From Clostridiales bacterium (GTDB lineage: Bacteria > Bacillota > Clostridia > Oscillospirales > CAG-272), in the NCBI GenBank assembly GCA_022791195.1, contig JAAVYP010000061.1:12732-76731 (forward strand): a stretch of DNA of 64,000 bases, given 5' to 3'. This document shows, piece by piece, positions 1-9,572 of the stretch. The position numbers and the translations under genes were made by a program. The notes beneath the pieces were generated by a model that was not told the origin of the DNA, did no database searches, and saw only the letters and a program-made list of their open reading frames with translations. Within the stretch, counting starts at the first letter, position 1. Every line of letters starts with the position of its first letter.

Positions 1-2
1 AT

Positions 3-1553
3 GTGGCTTCGCTGGTGATTGCCTCGCTGGCAGAGCTTCTTGTGTTGGCGGCCAAAGGCTATGTCAATCATTTTCCCGCTTATATGAGCTATGCCGGCAT
101 GGGCATTGTGTGGTTTTTGCTCTTCTATGCGCTGACCCTGCTTATCGGCATGCTGTGCGGTATGACCAGTATGCAGTTTGTATTGACAGGTGTCGCGGTC
201 TTTTATCTGCCGGCCACATGGGGGCTGCTGTTGTCTACGGTGGATTCTTTTTATGTGAATACTGACTTGACCTACTATTTTTCATGGAACTTCAACAGGT
301 TTTTAACGCCGACGGTTCGTTTGATCGAGTGTTTCCAAAAACCGTTTAGCTTTTTAGAAGTGATAGTCTATTTGCTGCTATCCGTTTTGCTGCTCGTGCT
401 CGCCGGACTGATTTTCAAAAAGAGGAACAATGCGAAGGCCGGCCAGCCGTTTGTCTTTGATCGGGTTGCTTCTGTTGTCAAATATTTGCTGTTAATCCCG
501 TCAACTCTGGCTGTGGGCGCTATCTTCGCTGCTTTAGAGGATACGGCGTGGCTGGTATTTGGCTGTTTTCTGGGCGGCATTCTCTCGTTTATGCTGCTGA
601 ACGTGTTGTTTACCAAAAATGCCAGCGCTTTCTTTCAGCATTTCAAGGGCTTCTGTATCTACGCCGTTTCCTTTGCTGTTTGCTTTTTGTTCTTGGCTGT
701 TGACCCGTTTAAAGCGGATGATTATATTCCGGAAGCTGACAAGGTGCAGTCGGTTTGCATCGACTTCATGGGAACGCAGGTTGATTTTTCATCAGCAGAG
801 AGCATTGACACGACCAATAAGCTGGTAAAATATGCGGCTGCTGAAAGGAAAACCCGATCGTTTTCAGAGAGCTATACGTATTATGGCGGTTATTATTGTC
901 AGGTGGTTTATAAACTAAAATCAGGGATTTCGTTTTGTAAGGATATAGAGATTCAAGACCCCCAATATGCTGAAAAATACTACAATGCTCTTTTTACAGG
1001 CACAGAAATGACCGAGAACTATTGGCGCAAATTCGATGAGATGACAGAAATCGAAGCCAGCGGGCTCACTTATAATCATGGTGTTTATGAAAATGAAAGT
1101 CTTGTATTGTTGGCGGACGACAAGGTAAAAACCTTCAAAGAACTCTATAAAAAAGCATGCGGCGGTCAGATTATGGCTGTTGACCGCGGACCGGTGATCT
1201 TGTCTTTTTGGTATGAGAACTATGAATTTCCTATTTATCTGCATGAAGATTTCGACGAATGCGTGCAGTTTTTACAGGAAAACACGATGAACGCTGTGAT
1301 CGGCCTCATGCCGAGTCGGGATAATTTGGACGCCTATCTTGCGGGCATTGATTCTGTCAACATTTATGACGAGCAATACGAAAAGATTGAATCGACCGGG
1401 GATCCGCAAGAGATAAAACAGATGTTTCAAGAGAGCATCGGATTTAACACTAACTTCATTTTCTGTATGATGCTGTCTGCTGAGAGTAAGCAAAGGATTG
1501 ATTTTACCAATTCGGTTGGTCATAATGTATTTTCAAGTTATCTGCTTCAATAA
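3..1553 (+). CDS. Polytopic membrane protein, 5'-truncated at window edge (possibly ABC-2-type permease with large soluble C-terminal domain)
   Basis: ORF open to window start. Multiple hydrophobic helices in the first ~235 aa, then a ~280-aa hydrophilic domain. The function is a guess from composition only. Confidence 0.45.
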   Translation: MASLVIASLAELLVLAAKGYVNHFPAYMSYAGMGIVWFLLFYALTLLIGMLCGMTSMQFVLTGVAVFYLPATWGLLLSTVDSFYVNTDLTYYFSWNFNRFLTPTVRLIECFQKPFSFLEVIVYLLLSVLLLVLAGLIFKKRNNAKAGQPFVFDRVASVVKYLLLIPSTLAVGAIFAALEDTAWLVFGCFLGGILSFMLLNVLFTKNASAFFQHFKGFCIYAVSFAVCFLFLAVDPFKADDYIPEADKVQSVCIDFMGTQVDFSSAESIDTTNKLVKYAAAERKTRSFSESYTYYGGYYCQVVYKLKSGISFCKDIEIQDPQYAEKYYNALFTGTEMTENYWRKFDEMTEIEASGLTYNHGVYENESLVLLADDKVKTFKELYKKACGGQIMAVDRGPVILSFWYENYEFPIYLHEDFDECVQFLQENTMNAVIGLMPSRDNLDAYLAGIDSVNIYDEQYEKIESTGDPQEIKQMFQESIGFNTNFIFCMMLSAESKQRIDFTNSVGHNVFSSYLLQ

Positions 1554-1634
1554 GCACAAACCATCAGGCTAAGAACAAATCTTTGATTTGCTCTTAGCCT
1601 GTTATACAACATGGCGCACATACGCTGCCGCCCG

Positions 1635-1656
1635 GGGGCCGATTCGGCCCCTTTTT
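1635..1656 (+). terminator. Intrinsic terminator after membrane-protein gene
   Basis: GGGGCCG-att-CGGCCCC stem followed by TTTTT. It is preceded by a second long imperfect hairpin at 1565-1601. Confidence 0.7.
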
Positions 1657-1744
1657 GATTTGTGATCAATTTATGAGTGTTTTTTGTTGTCATTTTGGCA
1701 TATATGTTATATAATAAAGTGAATCATAGAAAGAGGTTAACAGT

Positions 1745-2311
1745 ATGTCAAAAGTTACATGGAAGGGAAGCACCCTGCTTGCCCCTGTTCCGCCGGTGCT
1801 TGTGTCCTGCGGCAAAGAGGGGAAAGACAATCTGATTACGATCGCGTGGACAGGAACGCTGAACACCGATCCCCCCAAGACCTATATTTCGGTACGTCCC
1901 GAACGGTACTCGCACGATTTAATTAAAGAGAGCGGGGAATTTGTCATTAATTTGCCGTCTTCACACATTATTCGTTCAATCGATTTTTGCGGCTGCCGCA
2001 GCGGCAAAGACCTTGATAAATTTGAAGCATGCGGCCTGACGCGCGAAAAGGCTTCGGCCGTGTCCTGCCCAATGGTGGCTGAAAGCCCGGTCAGCATTGA
2101 ATGCAAGGTCAGTGATTTGGTTGAAATGGGCAGTCACAACATGTTTGTGGCCGATATTGTTGCCGTGAATATAGACGAGCGCTATATAGACGAGAAAGGC
2201 AAATTTCACATTGAAAAATGTGCTTTGGCGGCTTATGCACACGGCACCTATTTCGCTCTTGGCAAAAAAATAGGCTCCTTTGGGTATTCGGTGAAGAAAA
2301 AGAGAAAATGA
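1745..2311 (+). CDS. Flavin reductase-like (FMN-binding split-barrel) protein
   Basis: 188 aa. The N-terminal region LLAPVPPVLVSCG...NLITIAWTG is typical of the flavin reductase family. AGAGG RBS upstream. Confidence 0.75.
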   Translation: MSKVTWKGSTLLAPVPPVLVSCGKEGKDNLITIAWTGTLNTDPPKTYISVRPERYSHDLIKESGEFVINLPSSHIIRSIDFCGCRSGKDLDKFEACGLTREKASAVSCPMVAESPVSIECKVSDLVEMGSHNMFVADIVAVNIDERYIDEKGKFHIEKCALAAYAHGTYFALGKKIGSFGYSVKKKRK

Positions 2312-3420
2312 AAAGACTTTTTGAGATTTTTATGGCGCTTACCGTTCTGTTTCTGTGCTGCACGGCCTGTGGGCAAAGGACCGAGGCAACAGGGCATATT
2401 CCGGTGTTCAATGAGCCGGAATCAACCGAGGCAACGTCTGCGCCAAGTGACACTGAACCGCCAAAACAGCCTGTGATGGCAACCGAACCGCCGCACCAGC
2501 CGAAAGAGGAGATTGTCAAAATGTCCTTCACGGGTGACTGCCTTGTCGGCAGCGATTACGGCAAGCACAACGGGGGCAGCTTTAACTGGTTTGCCGATCA
2601 GGAGGGGACATCGTATTTCTTTTCTGAGGTAAAAGACGTTTTTGACAATGATGATATTACCGTTGTCGATTGCGAAACGGTTCTTTCGGACAATCGCGAT
2701 CTGGCGCCGGTGTTTAAAGAAGAGGATCCCGGCTATTGGTATATGGGCCCGGCGGCCAATGCGGCTATTTTTGCCGAAGGCGGGGTCGAAATTGCTTCGG
2801 TGGCGAACAATCACACGGGCGATTATCAGCATCTCGGTTATCTCGACACCGTGCAGGCGCTTAGCGACCACGGTATTATGGTGGGCGAGAATTTAAAGCC
2901 GGTCTATTATGAGGTGCGCGGCATTACCGTAGGCGTTTTGTGCTGCAACTGCTGGAGCGGCTATCACGCCAATCTGATTTTGAAAAAGATTGAAGAAATG
3001 AACGAATGTTCAGACGTGCAGGTGATTGTGCCGCATGGGGGTACCATGAACGTCTATGAGCCGGATGCCTGGCGAGTGAACGCATTTCGGCAGTTTATCG
3101 ATGCGGGCGCCGAGGTGGTGGCCGCCGGCCATCCGCATGTCTTACAGCCATTGGAGGTGTATGGAGACGGCGTGATTGTTTATTCCTTGGGCAATTTTTG
3201 TTATGGCGGCAGCAAGCATCCGGAGAATGCAACGGTGATATTTACCGTATCCCTTCGCTTTTTGGACGGGGTGTATGATGGCCTGACCTATGAGCTGCTC
3301 CCTTGCTATTTGTATACAACCCCCGATAATAATTACCAGCCAACGCTGATTCCAAAGACCGATCCGGCCTTTTACCGAATCCTTGGCTTTATGTTAAACG
3401 GCCGTCACTCGCCTCTATAG
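2308..3420 (+). CDS. CapA-family (poly-gamma-glutamate capsule synthesis / metallophosphatase-like) secreted or lipoprotein
   Basis: Start chosen at the ATG overlapping the upstream stop (ATGA). Signal peptide MKRLFEIFMALTVLFLCCTAC. Motifs FTGDC, VANNHTGDY and GHPHVLQP. Confidence 0.75.
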   Translation: MKRLFEIFMALTVLFLCCTACGQRTEATGHIPVFNEPESTEATSAPSDTEPPKQPVMATEPPHQPKEEIVKMSFTGDCLVGSDYGKHNGGSFNWFADQEGTSYFFSEVKDVFDNDDITVVDCETVLSDNRDLAPVFKEEDPGYWYMGPAANAAIFAEGGVEIASVANNHTGDYQHLGYLDTVQALSDHGIMVGENLKPVYYEVRGITVGVLCCNCWSGYHANLILKKIEEMNECSDVQVIVPHGGTMNVYEPDAWRVNAFRQFIDAGAEVVAAGHPHVLQPLEVYGDGVIVYSLGNFCYGGSKHPENATVIFTVSLRFLDGVYDGLTYELLPCYLYTTPDNNYQPTLIPKTDPAFYRILGFMLNGRHSPL

Positions 3421-3442
3421 ATAATCGTGATGATCATCATGT

Positions 3443-3475
3443 AAAAAAGGACTCTTGGTAAAGAGTCCTTTTTTG
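3443..3475. terminator. Bidirectional intrinsic terminator between convergent capA-like and sigE genes
   Basis: AAAAAAGGACTCTT-ggta-AAGAGTCCTTTTTT. Perfect 10-bp stem flanked by an A-run and a T-run. Confidence 0.85.
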
Positions 3476-3487
3476 ATGAGGTAACAA

Positions 3488-4183
3488 TTATATTTTATTT
3501 TTAATTTCGTTTTTTAGTTCCACAATGATTTTTTTCTCAAGGCGTGAGATGTAAGACTGTGAAATACCCAAGCGATCGGCCACTTCCTTTTGGGTTAATT
3601 CTCGTCCGCCGTTTAAGGCAAACCGCAGGGTAATGATCTCTTGTTCTCGTTCGGTTAGTTCGGCCACGGCCGCGCGGATGGTTTTGCGGTCTTCGTCTGA
3701 TTCAAGATTGCGGTAGACCTGGTCTTCATCCGAGCCAATGATATCCGAGAGCAGCAGTTCGTTGCCGTCCCAGTCAATATTCAGCGGTTCATCGATAGAT
3801 AGTTCGCTGCGCTGTGAGCTTGTTTTTCGTATATGCATGAGAATTTCGTTTTCGATACAGCGCGAGGCATAGGTTGCTAATTTGATGTTTTTGTCCGGAC
3901 GGAAAGTGTTGATCGCTTTAATTAAACCGATGGTGCCGATTGAAATTAAGTCCTCAATGCCGGAGCCGGTATTTTCAAATTTTTTGGCTATGTATACGAC
4001 TAAGCGCAGGTTATGTTCAACTAAGACCGAGCGCAGCTCAGGTTCGTCGTCCAATCTGGCGATAATATCTGCTTCTTCTTCGGGCGGAAGAGGAGAGGGC
4101 AGGGTCTCAGCACCGTTAATATAATAAATTTCATTATTAGCAGCACAAGCTACAAATAATTTTTTAATTAAATTAATAACCAA
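3488..4183 (-). CDS. sigE: Sporulation sigma factor sigma-E precursor (pro-sigma-E)
   Basis: [13 protein letters not shown]...[37 protein letters not shown]...[18 protein letters not shown] closely matches the Bacillus SigE pattern. It lies immediately downstream of spoIIGA. TTG start at 4183 sits 7 nt after GGAGG; an alternative ATG is at 4201. Confidence 0.9.
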   Translation of the reverse strand: MVINLIKKLFVACAANNEIYYINGAETLPSPLPPEEEADIIARLDDEPELRSVLVEHNLRLVVYIAKKFENTGSGIEDLISIGTIGLIKAINTFRPDKNIKLATYASRCIENEILMHIRKTSSQRSELSIDEPLNIDWDGNELLLSDIIGSDEDQVYRNLESDEDRKTIRAAVAELTEREQEIITLRFALNGGRELTQKEVADRLGISQSYISRLEKKIIVELKNEIKNKI

Positions 4184-4194
4184 CTTGATTCCTC

Positions 4195-5067
4195 CTAACA
4201 TAATATTGACGGCGTAATCGCCGGATACCCCCCAAAATCGTTTTTTTCGTTTGTTGGCAAAATGCCTAAGCAAGCGTCTTTTTCTTCACCGCCGATGATG
4301 ATTTTATCAGGCGTATAGGCAAGCAAAAGGCCGCTTCCGCTCACCGTGCTGGAAGGAATGACATGTACACGGTGCGAGATATCGGTTGATACTTTGTCGA
4401 GCACGGTGAGGTCGCCTGTGCGGAAAAGCTCTTTGGTGTCAAACGGAAGAATCGGCAAAACCGTCATGTACCCCGTTACAATCACCGGTCTGCCGTTATA
4501 TGGGTCGCGCAGCAGGTTGCCGGTGTCGCAAAGGCTTTCAAATTCTATGGCACAGCCGGCGCCGCATACTTTTATGGTAATGGGCTCACTGGCTCTTTTT
4601 TTAGCGAAAATTCGGCCGCAGAAGGTGCATAATACGCCCACACCGCCGGCAATGAGGAAAAAATAAACAGGAGGTATGTCCGCATACAGCGTATTCACGG
4701 TTCCGTTGATATAAATTGTTTTCGATGCATTTTGTGTGATGGCGTAATATAAGGCTGAAATGCCGCCGCCCAACAGAAAATTAACCCCGTAAAAAAGGCA
4801 GACAGTTTTGAAAAGAGAGACAAATTTCCCGCCGTAACAGACAAAGCAAAGCAGGCAAGCCACCGCCATGTGAATGAGTACGGCAAAAAATTCAGTGCCT
4901 TGATACAGAAGCGTGGCAATGGCATAGACAGCACCTAACGCCGATGCAGCCGTCAAGGCGATCAGATTTATTTTTTTTCGCATGATTTTGCCTGTGATAA
5001 ATAAAGAGAGAAAATCCATGCTGAAATTAATCAGAAACAGAATATCTCCATAAACAACCTGTTCCAA
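4195..5067 (-). CDS. spoIIGA: Sigma-E processing aspartic peptidase SpoIIGA
   Basis: N-terminal membrane domain ([16 protein letters not shown]) and a C-terminal DTGN protease motif ([11 protein letters not shown]). TTG start preceded by GGTGA. Classic spoIIGA-sigE pairing. Confidence 0.85.
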   Translation of the reverse strand: MEQVVYGDILFLINFSMDFLSLFITGKIMRKKINLIALTAASALGAVYAIATLLYQGTEFFAVLIHMAVACLLCFVCYGGKFVSLFKTVCLFYGVNFLLGGGISALYYAITQNASKTIYINGTVNTLYADIPPVYFFLIAGGVGVLCTFCGRIFAKKRASEPITIKVCGAGCAIEFESLCDTGNLLRDPYNGRPVIVTGYMTVLPILPFDTKELFRTGDLTVLDKVSTDISHRVHVIPSSTVSGSGLLLAYTPDKIIIGGEEKDACLGILPTNEKNDFGGYPAITPSILC

Positions 5068-5228
5068 ATGGTATCACCATAGACATTGTAAAACGATCAC
5101 GCTATGAAATTTGTCAGACTCTGTTGAGCAAAATGAAAAAGCATTCGTCTTTATTCGCTTGCATTAGACGATGCTTTTGGTTTGTCCTTGTCAAAGGCGG
5201 TTTACAATTCAGTTTTGCGGCAGGAGTA

Positions 5229-5263
5229 TAAAAAAACAACGGCCGGTATAGGACCAGCCGTCG
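5229..5263 (-). terminator. Intrinsic terminator at end of fab/acc operon
   Basis: Minus-strand CGACGGCUGG-loop-CCGGCCGUUG hairpin followed by UUUUUUUAU, directly after the thioesterase stop. Confidence 0.7.
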
Positions 5264-5272
5264 TTTGCGAGG

Positions 5273-5707
5273 TTATTTTTTGGAAGCTTCCGCTTCTTGA
5301 TGAAAGAGCTTATCAAGCGCCGGGAATTTCTTTTTTAGAATCAGCGGTTTGCCGGTTTGATCGACAAAACAGTGAACGGATGTAGCGGTTAACACAAGAT
5401 CACCCGTTGCTTCATTCGTCATCTCATATTTCATAATAAGCTTGACCCCGTTATATTGCTCAACCCAAATTTTGATGTGAACGCGATCATCAAAAGTGGT
5501 AGGACGCTTGTATTGACAGTCGATGCCGACAACCGGCGAGATGACGCCCTCTGCTTCTAATTGCAGATAGCCGTAACCAAGCTGATCCAAAAATGCCACG
5601 CGGGCCTCTTCCATCCATCGAATGTAATTGGAATGGTGCGTAATGCCCATGCGATCGGTTTCATAATAATTTACTCTGTGCGTAATGCTGTTCATTGTAG
5701 CAGCCAT
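5273..5707 (-). CDS. Acyl-CoA thioesterase, hotdog fold (YbgC/4HBT family)
   Basis: 144 aa. HRVNYYETDRMGITHHSNYIRWMEEAR is the typical 4HBT/YbgC N-terminal motif. Confidence 0.8.
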   Translation of the reverse strand: MAATMNSITHRVNYYETDRMGITHHSNYIRWMEEARVAFLDQLGYGYLQLEAEGVISPVVGIDCQYKRPTTFDDRVHIKIWVEQYNGVKLIMKYEMTNEATGDLVLTATSVHCFVDQTGKPLILKKKFPALDKLFHQEAEASKK

Positions 5708-5715
5708 GGTCCTTT

Positions 5716-7389
5716 CTATGCGCCATATTTGTTTTTGTCTTGCTCACGAATCGCAACACGACGAATTTTTCCATTAAAGGTTTGCGGCAGTTTGCTGACG
5801 TAGTCAATCATGCGGGGTACTTTATAATCGGCGGTTTTTTCTTTGACAAAATTCCGTAACATATTGGTTGTTGTGCTGTCAGGGGTATACCCGTCCCGCA
5901 GGACAATTGTCGCTTTAATGACAAAGCCGCGCTGTTCATCGGGTACACCGGTTACGGCACAGTCCATGACCGCATGATGCTGTATCAGCACATTTTCAAC
6001 CTCAAAGGGACTGATGCGATAGCCGCTTGATTTGATCACATCGTCTACCCGGCCGATAAACCAGAAATAGCCGTCTTTGTCCTTTTTGGCAATATCGCCG
6101 GTGTGATAGAAACCATCCTCTTGCTCGCCTTTTTTCGGCGGATTTGCTGGCGTAGGGGTACAAAAACCGGCAGGGCAGCCATTCTTGCGGCAAATGACGA
6201 TTTCACCGGAAACTCCGGGTGCACACTCGTTCCCTTCGCTGTCTATAATAATCGGACGATAAAGGGGGGAGGGAAGTCCCAAAGCACCTGTCCGGATCGG
6301 CTTTCCTACAAAATCAGCTGCTAATAACGCAGATTCAGTCTGCCCATAACCGACATGAATGTTGAGGCCCGTCATGTTAAAGAACTGCTTGACAATTTCA
6401 GGGTGAATGGATTCACCGGCGGTTGTTGCATAGGCTACCTGGCCAAACCCTTTGTCTAACAGATTGTTTTTGACAAAGAAGCGATAAATGGTAGGCGGGG
6501 CGCAAAAAGTGGTTACTTTGCAAAGCCGAATAGCTTCTAACATACGCACTGCCGAAAAAGCATCGTAATCATAGGCCATGACCGCGCTTCCGCAGATCCA
6601 TTGCCCATAAATTTTACCCCAAGAGGCTTTCGCCCAGCCGGTGTCGGCTATCGAAAGATGCAAGCCACCATCGCGGACATTTTGCCAAAGCAGGGCGGTT
6701 TGTATGTGCGCCAAGGGATAGGTGCCGTCATGAAGCACCATTTTTGGCTGTCCTGTTGTGCCCGAGGTAAAATAAAGCAGCAGCGGCTCTTCTTTTTTTG
6801 TTTCTATGCGTGTCATGTGGGCGGGATAAGCCGCAATGGCCGTGTCCAGCCGCTCAAATTCAGGAAAATCCTGCTCTATATTAAATAAACGGCAAGGCGA
6901 GGTGTTTCTGGCTTTTTTGGCAGCTCTTGTTACCTTTTCGCAGAGTTCTTCTTCGCCTAAGCAAATAACGGCAGAGATGTCAGCAGTCTCTATGCGATAG
7001 GCAAGTTCTTCCTCATTAAGCATACAAACGGCCGGCAGTGCCACCGCCCCGATTTTGTGAAGTGCCAACAGGGTATACCAATACGAATAATGACGCTTGA
7101 GCAAAAGCATGACCCGGTCGCCCCGTTTAATACCGCAGGCGGTTAAATAGAGAGCGGTTTTGGTGGAAAGATCGGCCAATTCGCCAAATGTAAATGTTTG
7201 TTTATGTACCGGAGAGGATTGATACAGTGCACAGCTTTCGTCCTGTAACCATACAAGTGCTCTTCGGTCAGGATCTTCTTTGGCGATACGGTCTACCACG
7301 TCATAGGCAAAATTAAACTGATCGGGAATGGTCAGCGTGATTTCCCCGGTTTTTGTTATCGTGCAATATTCGGTAAACAGTGGCTTCAT
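5716..7389 (-). CDS. AMP-forming acyl-CoA synthetase (medium-chain/ACSM-like adenylate-forming enzyme)
   Basis: AMP-binding motifs YFTSGTTGQPK, GYGQTE, YHTGD and GRVDDVIKSSGYRISPFEVE. The start overlaps the accA stop by 4 nt. Confidence 0.85.
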   Translation of the reverse strand: MKPLFTEYCTITKTGEITLTIPDQFNFAYDVVDRIAKEDPDRRALVWLQDESCALYQSSPVHKQTFTFGELADLSTKTALYLTACGIKRGDRVMLLLKRHYSYWYTLLALHKIGAVALPAVCMLNEEELAYRIETADISAVICLGEEELCEKVTRAAKKARNTSPCRLFNIEQDFPEFERLDTAIAAYPAHMTRIETKKEEPLLLYFTSGTTGQPKMVLHDGTYPLAHIQTALLWQNVRDGGLHLSIADTGWAKASWGKIYGQWICGSAVMAYDYDAFSAVRMLEAIRLCKVTTFCAPPTIYRFFVKNNLLDKGFGQVAYATTAGESIHPEIVKQFFNMTGLNIHVGYGQTESALLAADFVGKPIRTGALGLPSPLYRPIIIDSEGNECAPGVSGEIVICRKNGCPAGFCTPTPANPPKKGEQEDGFYHTGDIAKKDKDGYFWFIGRVDDVIKSSGYRISPFEVENVLIQHHAVMDCAVTGVPDEQRGFVIKATIVLRDGYTPDSTTTNMLRNFVKEKTADYKVPRMIDYVSKLPQTFNGKIRRVAIREQDKNKYGA

Positions 7390-8186
7390 TTGACCGTATT
7401 CCCGTTTTCCTCATAGATGCCGATCCGGCGGAAACGCTGGTAACGCTGTGATAGCAGCTCATCGGGCGAGAGAGCGCAAAGCTCATTCAGGTGAGAGAGC
7501 AGCAGCGTTTTGATGCCGCCGCACATGGTTTCAAAATGATCAAAATCCTCTGGAATGATATTTTCCGCTACGCCGAAGTTTACCATATCCTGTGCGGTAA
7601 TATGTAAACAGTCGGCGGCGTCCTGTGCCTTGGCAGCGTCTTTCCAAATGATGCTGGCACAGCCGTCGGGCGAGATAACTGAATACACGGCGTTTTCCAG
7701 CATGTATACGCGGTCCGCCACAGCGAGAGCCAGCGCGCCGCCGCTGCCCCCTTCACCGATGACCAAGGAAATAACCGGTGTTTTTAGCCCCATCATTTCG
7801 GTTAAATTTTCTGCAATGGCTTGCCCTTGCCCTCTTTCTTCACCGTCGGCACCGCAAAAAGCGCCGAGTGTATCGACCAGACAAATGACTGGTCGGCCAA
7901 ATTTTTCGGCTTGTTTCATCAGACGCAGCGCCTTGCGGTAACCTTCCGGCATGGGACAGCCAAAATGTTTTTGCAGTCTTTCATCAAGCGTGTGACCCTT
8001 ATCAATGGCGATATAGGTGACTGCTTGCTCGCCCAGATAACCAATGCCGCCTAAAATGGCGGAATCTTCCGCGTACCGGCGGTCGCCGGATAAGGAAACC
8101 CGGTCGGTAAACAAGGCGTTGACAAAATCGCTGCCGGTTGGCCGTCCGGCGGCCCGTACGGTTTTTAATTTTTCGTAAGCGGTCAT
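7386..8186 (-). CDS. accA: Acetyl-CoA carboxylase carboxyltransferase alpha subunit
   Basis: 266 aa. GRPVICLVDTLGAFCG and IGEGGSGGALA motifs. Overlaps the accD stop. Confidence 0.9.
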   Translation of the reverse strand: MTAYEKLKTVRAAGRPTGSDFVNALFTDRVSLSGDRRYAEDSAILGGIGYLGEQAVTYIAIDKGHTLDERLQKHFGCPMPEGYRKALRLMKQAEKFGRPVICLVDTLGAFCGADGEERGQGQAIAENLTEMMGLKTPVISLVIGEGGSGGALALAVADRVYMLENAVYSVISPDGCASIIWKDAAKAQDAADCLHITAQDMVNFGVAENIIPEDFDHFETMCGGIKTLLLSHLNELCALSPDELLSQRYQRFRRIGIYEENGNTVK

Positions 8187-9025
8187 TGCACTGCCTCCTT
8201 TTGATGCTGGCGCAGAATGAGCGTCATGGTTTCGCGCTGTTTTTCACGGGGTAATATGAGATCAACAAAGCCGTGTTTTAACAGAAATTCAGCTTTTTGA
8301 AAATCGGCTGGTAAATCAGCGCCGGTTGTTTGCTCAATGACACGGCGGCCGGCGAAGCCCACTAATGCCTTTGGCTCAGCCAACGTGATATCTCCTTCCA
8401 TCGCGATAGAAGCTGTGATGCCGCCCGTTGTGGGATCGGTTAAAAGAACCAGATAAAGCAGCCCTGCATCGCTGTGTTTACGTACCGCGCCGCTGCATTT
8501 TGCCATCTGCATGAGCGAGACAATTCCTTCCTGCATGCGGGCGCCCCCTGAACAGGGAATCCCGATCACGGGCAAATGATTTTCGGTAGCGTATTCAAAA
8601 AGGCGGGTGATTTTTTCACCAACGGCCGAGCCCATGCTGGCCATAATAAAGCGGGAATCCATGACGTATACAGCGCAGGGAACTCCGCCCAGCGTTGCCG
8701 TGCCGGTGATAACGGCGCTTTTTTCGCCCGTGCTTTCCTTGGCTTTCGTGAGCTTATCCTGATAGCCGGGAAAAGATAAAAAGTCAACTGAGGTGAGATC
8801 AGCGTCCAGTTCTTGAAAGCTGTCCGGATCGGCCAGCAGTTTTATTCGTTCTCTCGCCGGAATGCGTACATAGGCGCCGCACGCCTGGCAAACAAAAAAA
8901 GAATCACGCAGAATATCCTTCGCACAAGCGTTTTTGCAGGAAGGACAAGTCAGCATTTCTGTCTTCTCTTTTGCTTCATTTGCCGGTTCTTTCGCAGAGC
9001 GCCGGGAAAATAAATCAAATTTCAT
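8183..9025 (-). CDS. accD: Acetyl-CoA carboxylase carboxyltransferase beta subunit
   Basis: N-terminal Zn ribbon CPSC...CQAC followed by the carboxyltransferase domain. Start taken at MKFDLFSRR; the ORF extends upstream to 9115 across a hairpin and is probably non-coding there. Confidence 0.85.
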   Translation of the reverse strand: MKFDLFSRRSAKEPANEAKEKTEMLTCPSCKNACAKDILRDSFFVCQACGAYVRIPARERIKLLADPDSFQELDADLTSVDFLSFPGYQDKLTKAKESTGEKSAVITGTATLGGVPCAVYVMDSRFIMASMGSAVGEKITRLFEYATENHLPVIGIPCSGGARMQEGIVSLMQMAKCSGAVRKHSDAGLLYLVLLTDPTTGGITASIAMEGDITLAEPKALVGFAGRRVIEQTTGADLPADFQKAEFLLKHGFVDLILPREKQRETMTLILRQHQKEAVQ

Positions 9026-9146
9026 CGTTGTGATCATATCTTTCTTCAGAATTTGTTTTTCTCCTGCCGCGGCAGAGGCCATACGGCAGGAGAAATGTTT
9101 GTGTTGCTGTATCAAAAAAACAAAGGTGTGGTTTTATGATAAGACC

Positions 9147-9572
9147 TTACTCCTCTTTTTCCGGCAAGACAGCGAATGAAAAAGAGGCGCTGACGCACAG
9201 CTCGTCGTTGACATAACCGCTGCCTTTTGCCCAGTAAAAAGGACCTTTGCTTTTTTCAATTTCACACACCGTTTTAAACAAATCACCTGGTAAAACAGAG
9301 CGTTTGAAACGGACCTGGTCAAGACCGGTAAACAGGGTTTTGACTTTGCCTTTGGCGGTGTCACCAAGCAGTACACAGGTTGATTGTGCTAAAATTTCAC
9401 AGAGAATGACGCCCGGCACAATGGGTTGGTCGGGAAAATGACCGCGCAAAAAGAATTCGTCGCCGCGAATCATTTTTTGCCCATGCGCTTTTCCATCAAT
9501 GACGGTGGCTTCGTCTAAGAGAAGCATGTCATCTCGATGGGGCAAAAGGGTCATGAGTTCTTCCCGCGTCAT
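9147..9572 (-). CDS. fabZ: 3-hydroxyacyl-ACP dehydratase
   Basis: 141 aa. LPHRDDMLLLD...GHFPDQPIVPGVILCE hotdog dehydratase motif. Confidence 0.9.
   Translation of the reverse strand: MTREELMTLLPHRDDMLLLDEATVIDGKAHGQKMIRGDEFFLRGHFPDQPIVPGVILCEILAQSTCVLLGDTAKGKVKTLFTGLDQVRFKRSVLPGDLFKTVCEIEKSKGPFYWAKGSGYVNDELCVSASFSFAVLPEKEE

Noticed and set aside
1565-1601. Long imperfect hairpin (CAGGCTAAGAACAAAT...ATTTGCTCTTAGCCTG) right after the first gene, considered as a separate terminator or small RNA.
   Set aside because: It has no downstream U-run, and a canonical terminator follows at 1635-1656. It is probably just an mRNA-stabilising stem or part of a compound terminator, and there is no evidence for an sRNA.
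9026-9115. N-terminal extensions of track ORFs: accD to 9115, der to 21137, aroB to 31278, aroQ to 25442, yceD to 23249, DUF3006 to 23550, sigE to 4273, XRE to 48779, sortase to 53056, capA-like from 2218.
   Set aside because: In each case an internal start with a proper RBS matches the conserved N-terminus of the family. The extension overlaps intergenic structure or the upstream gene.
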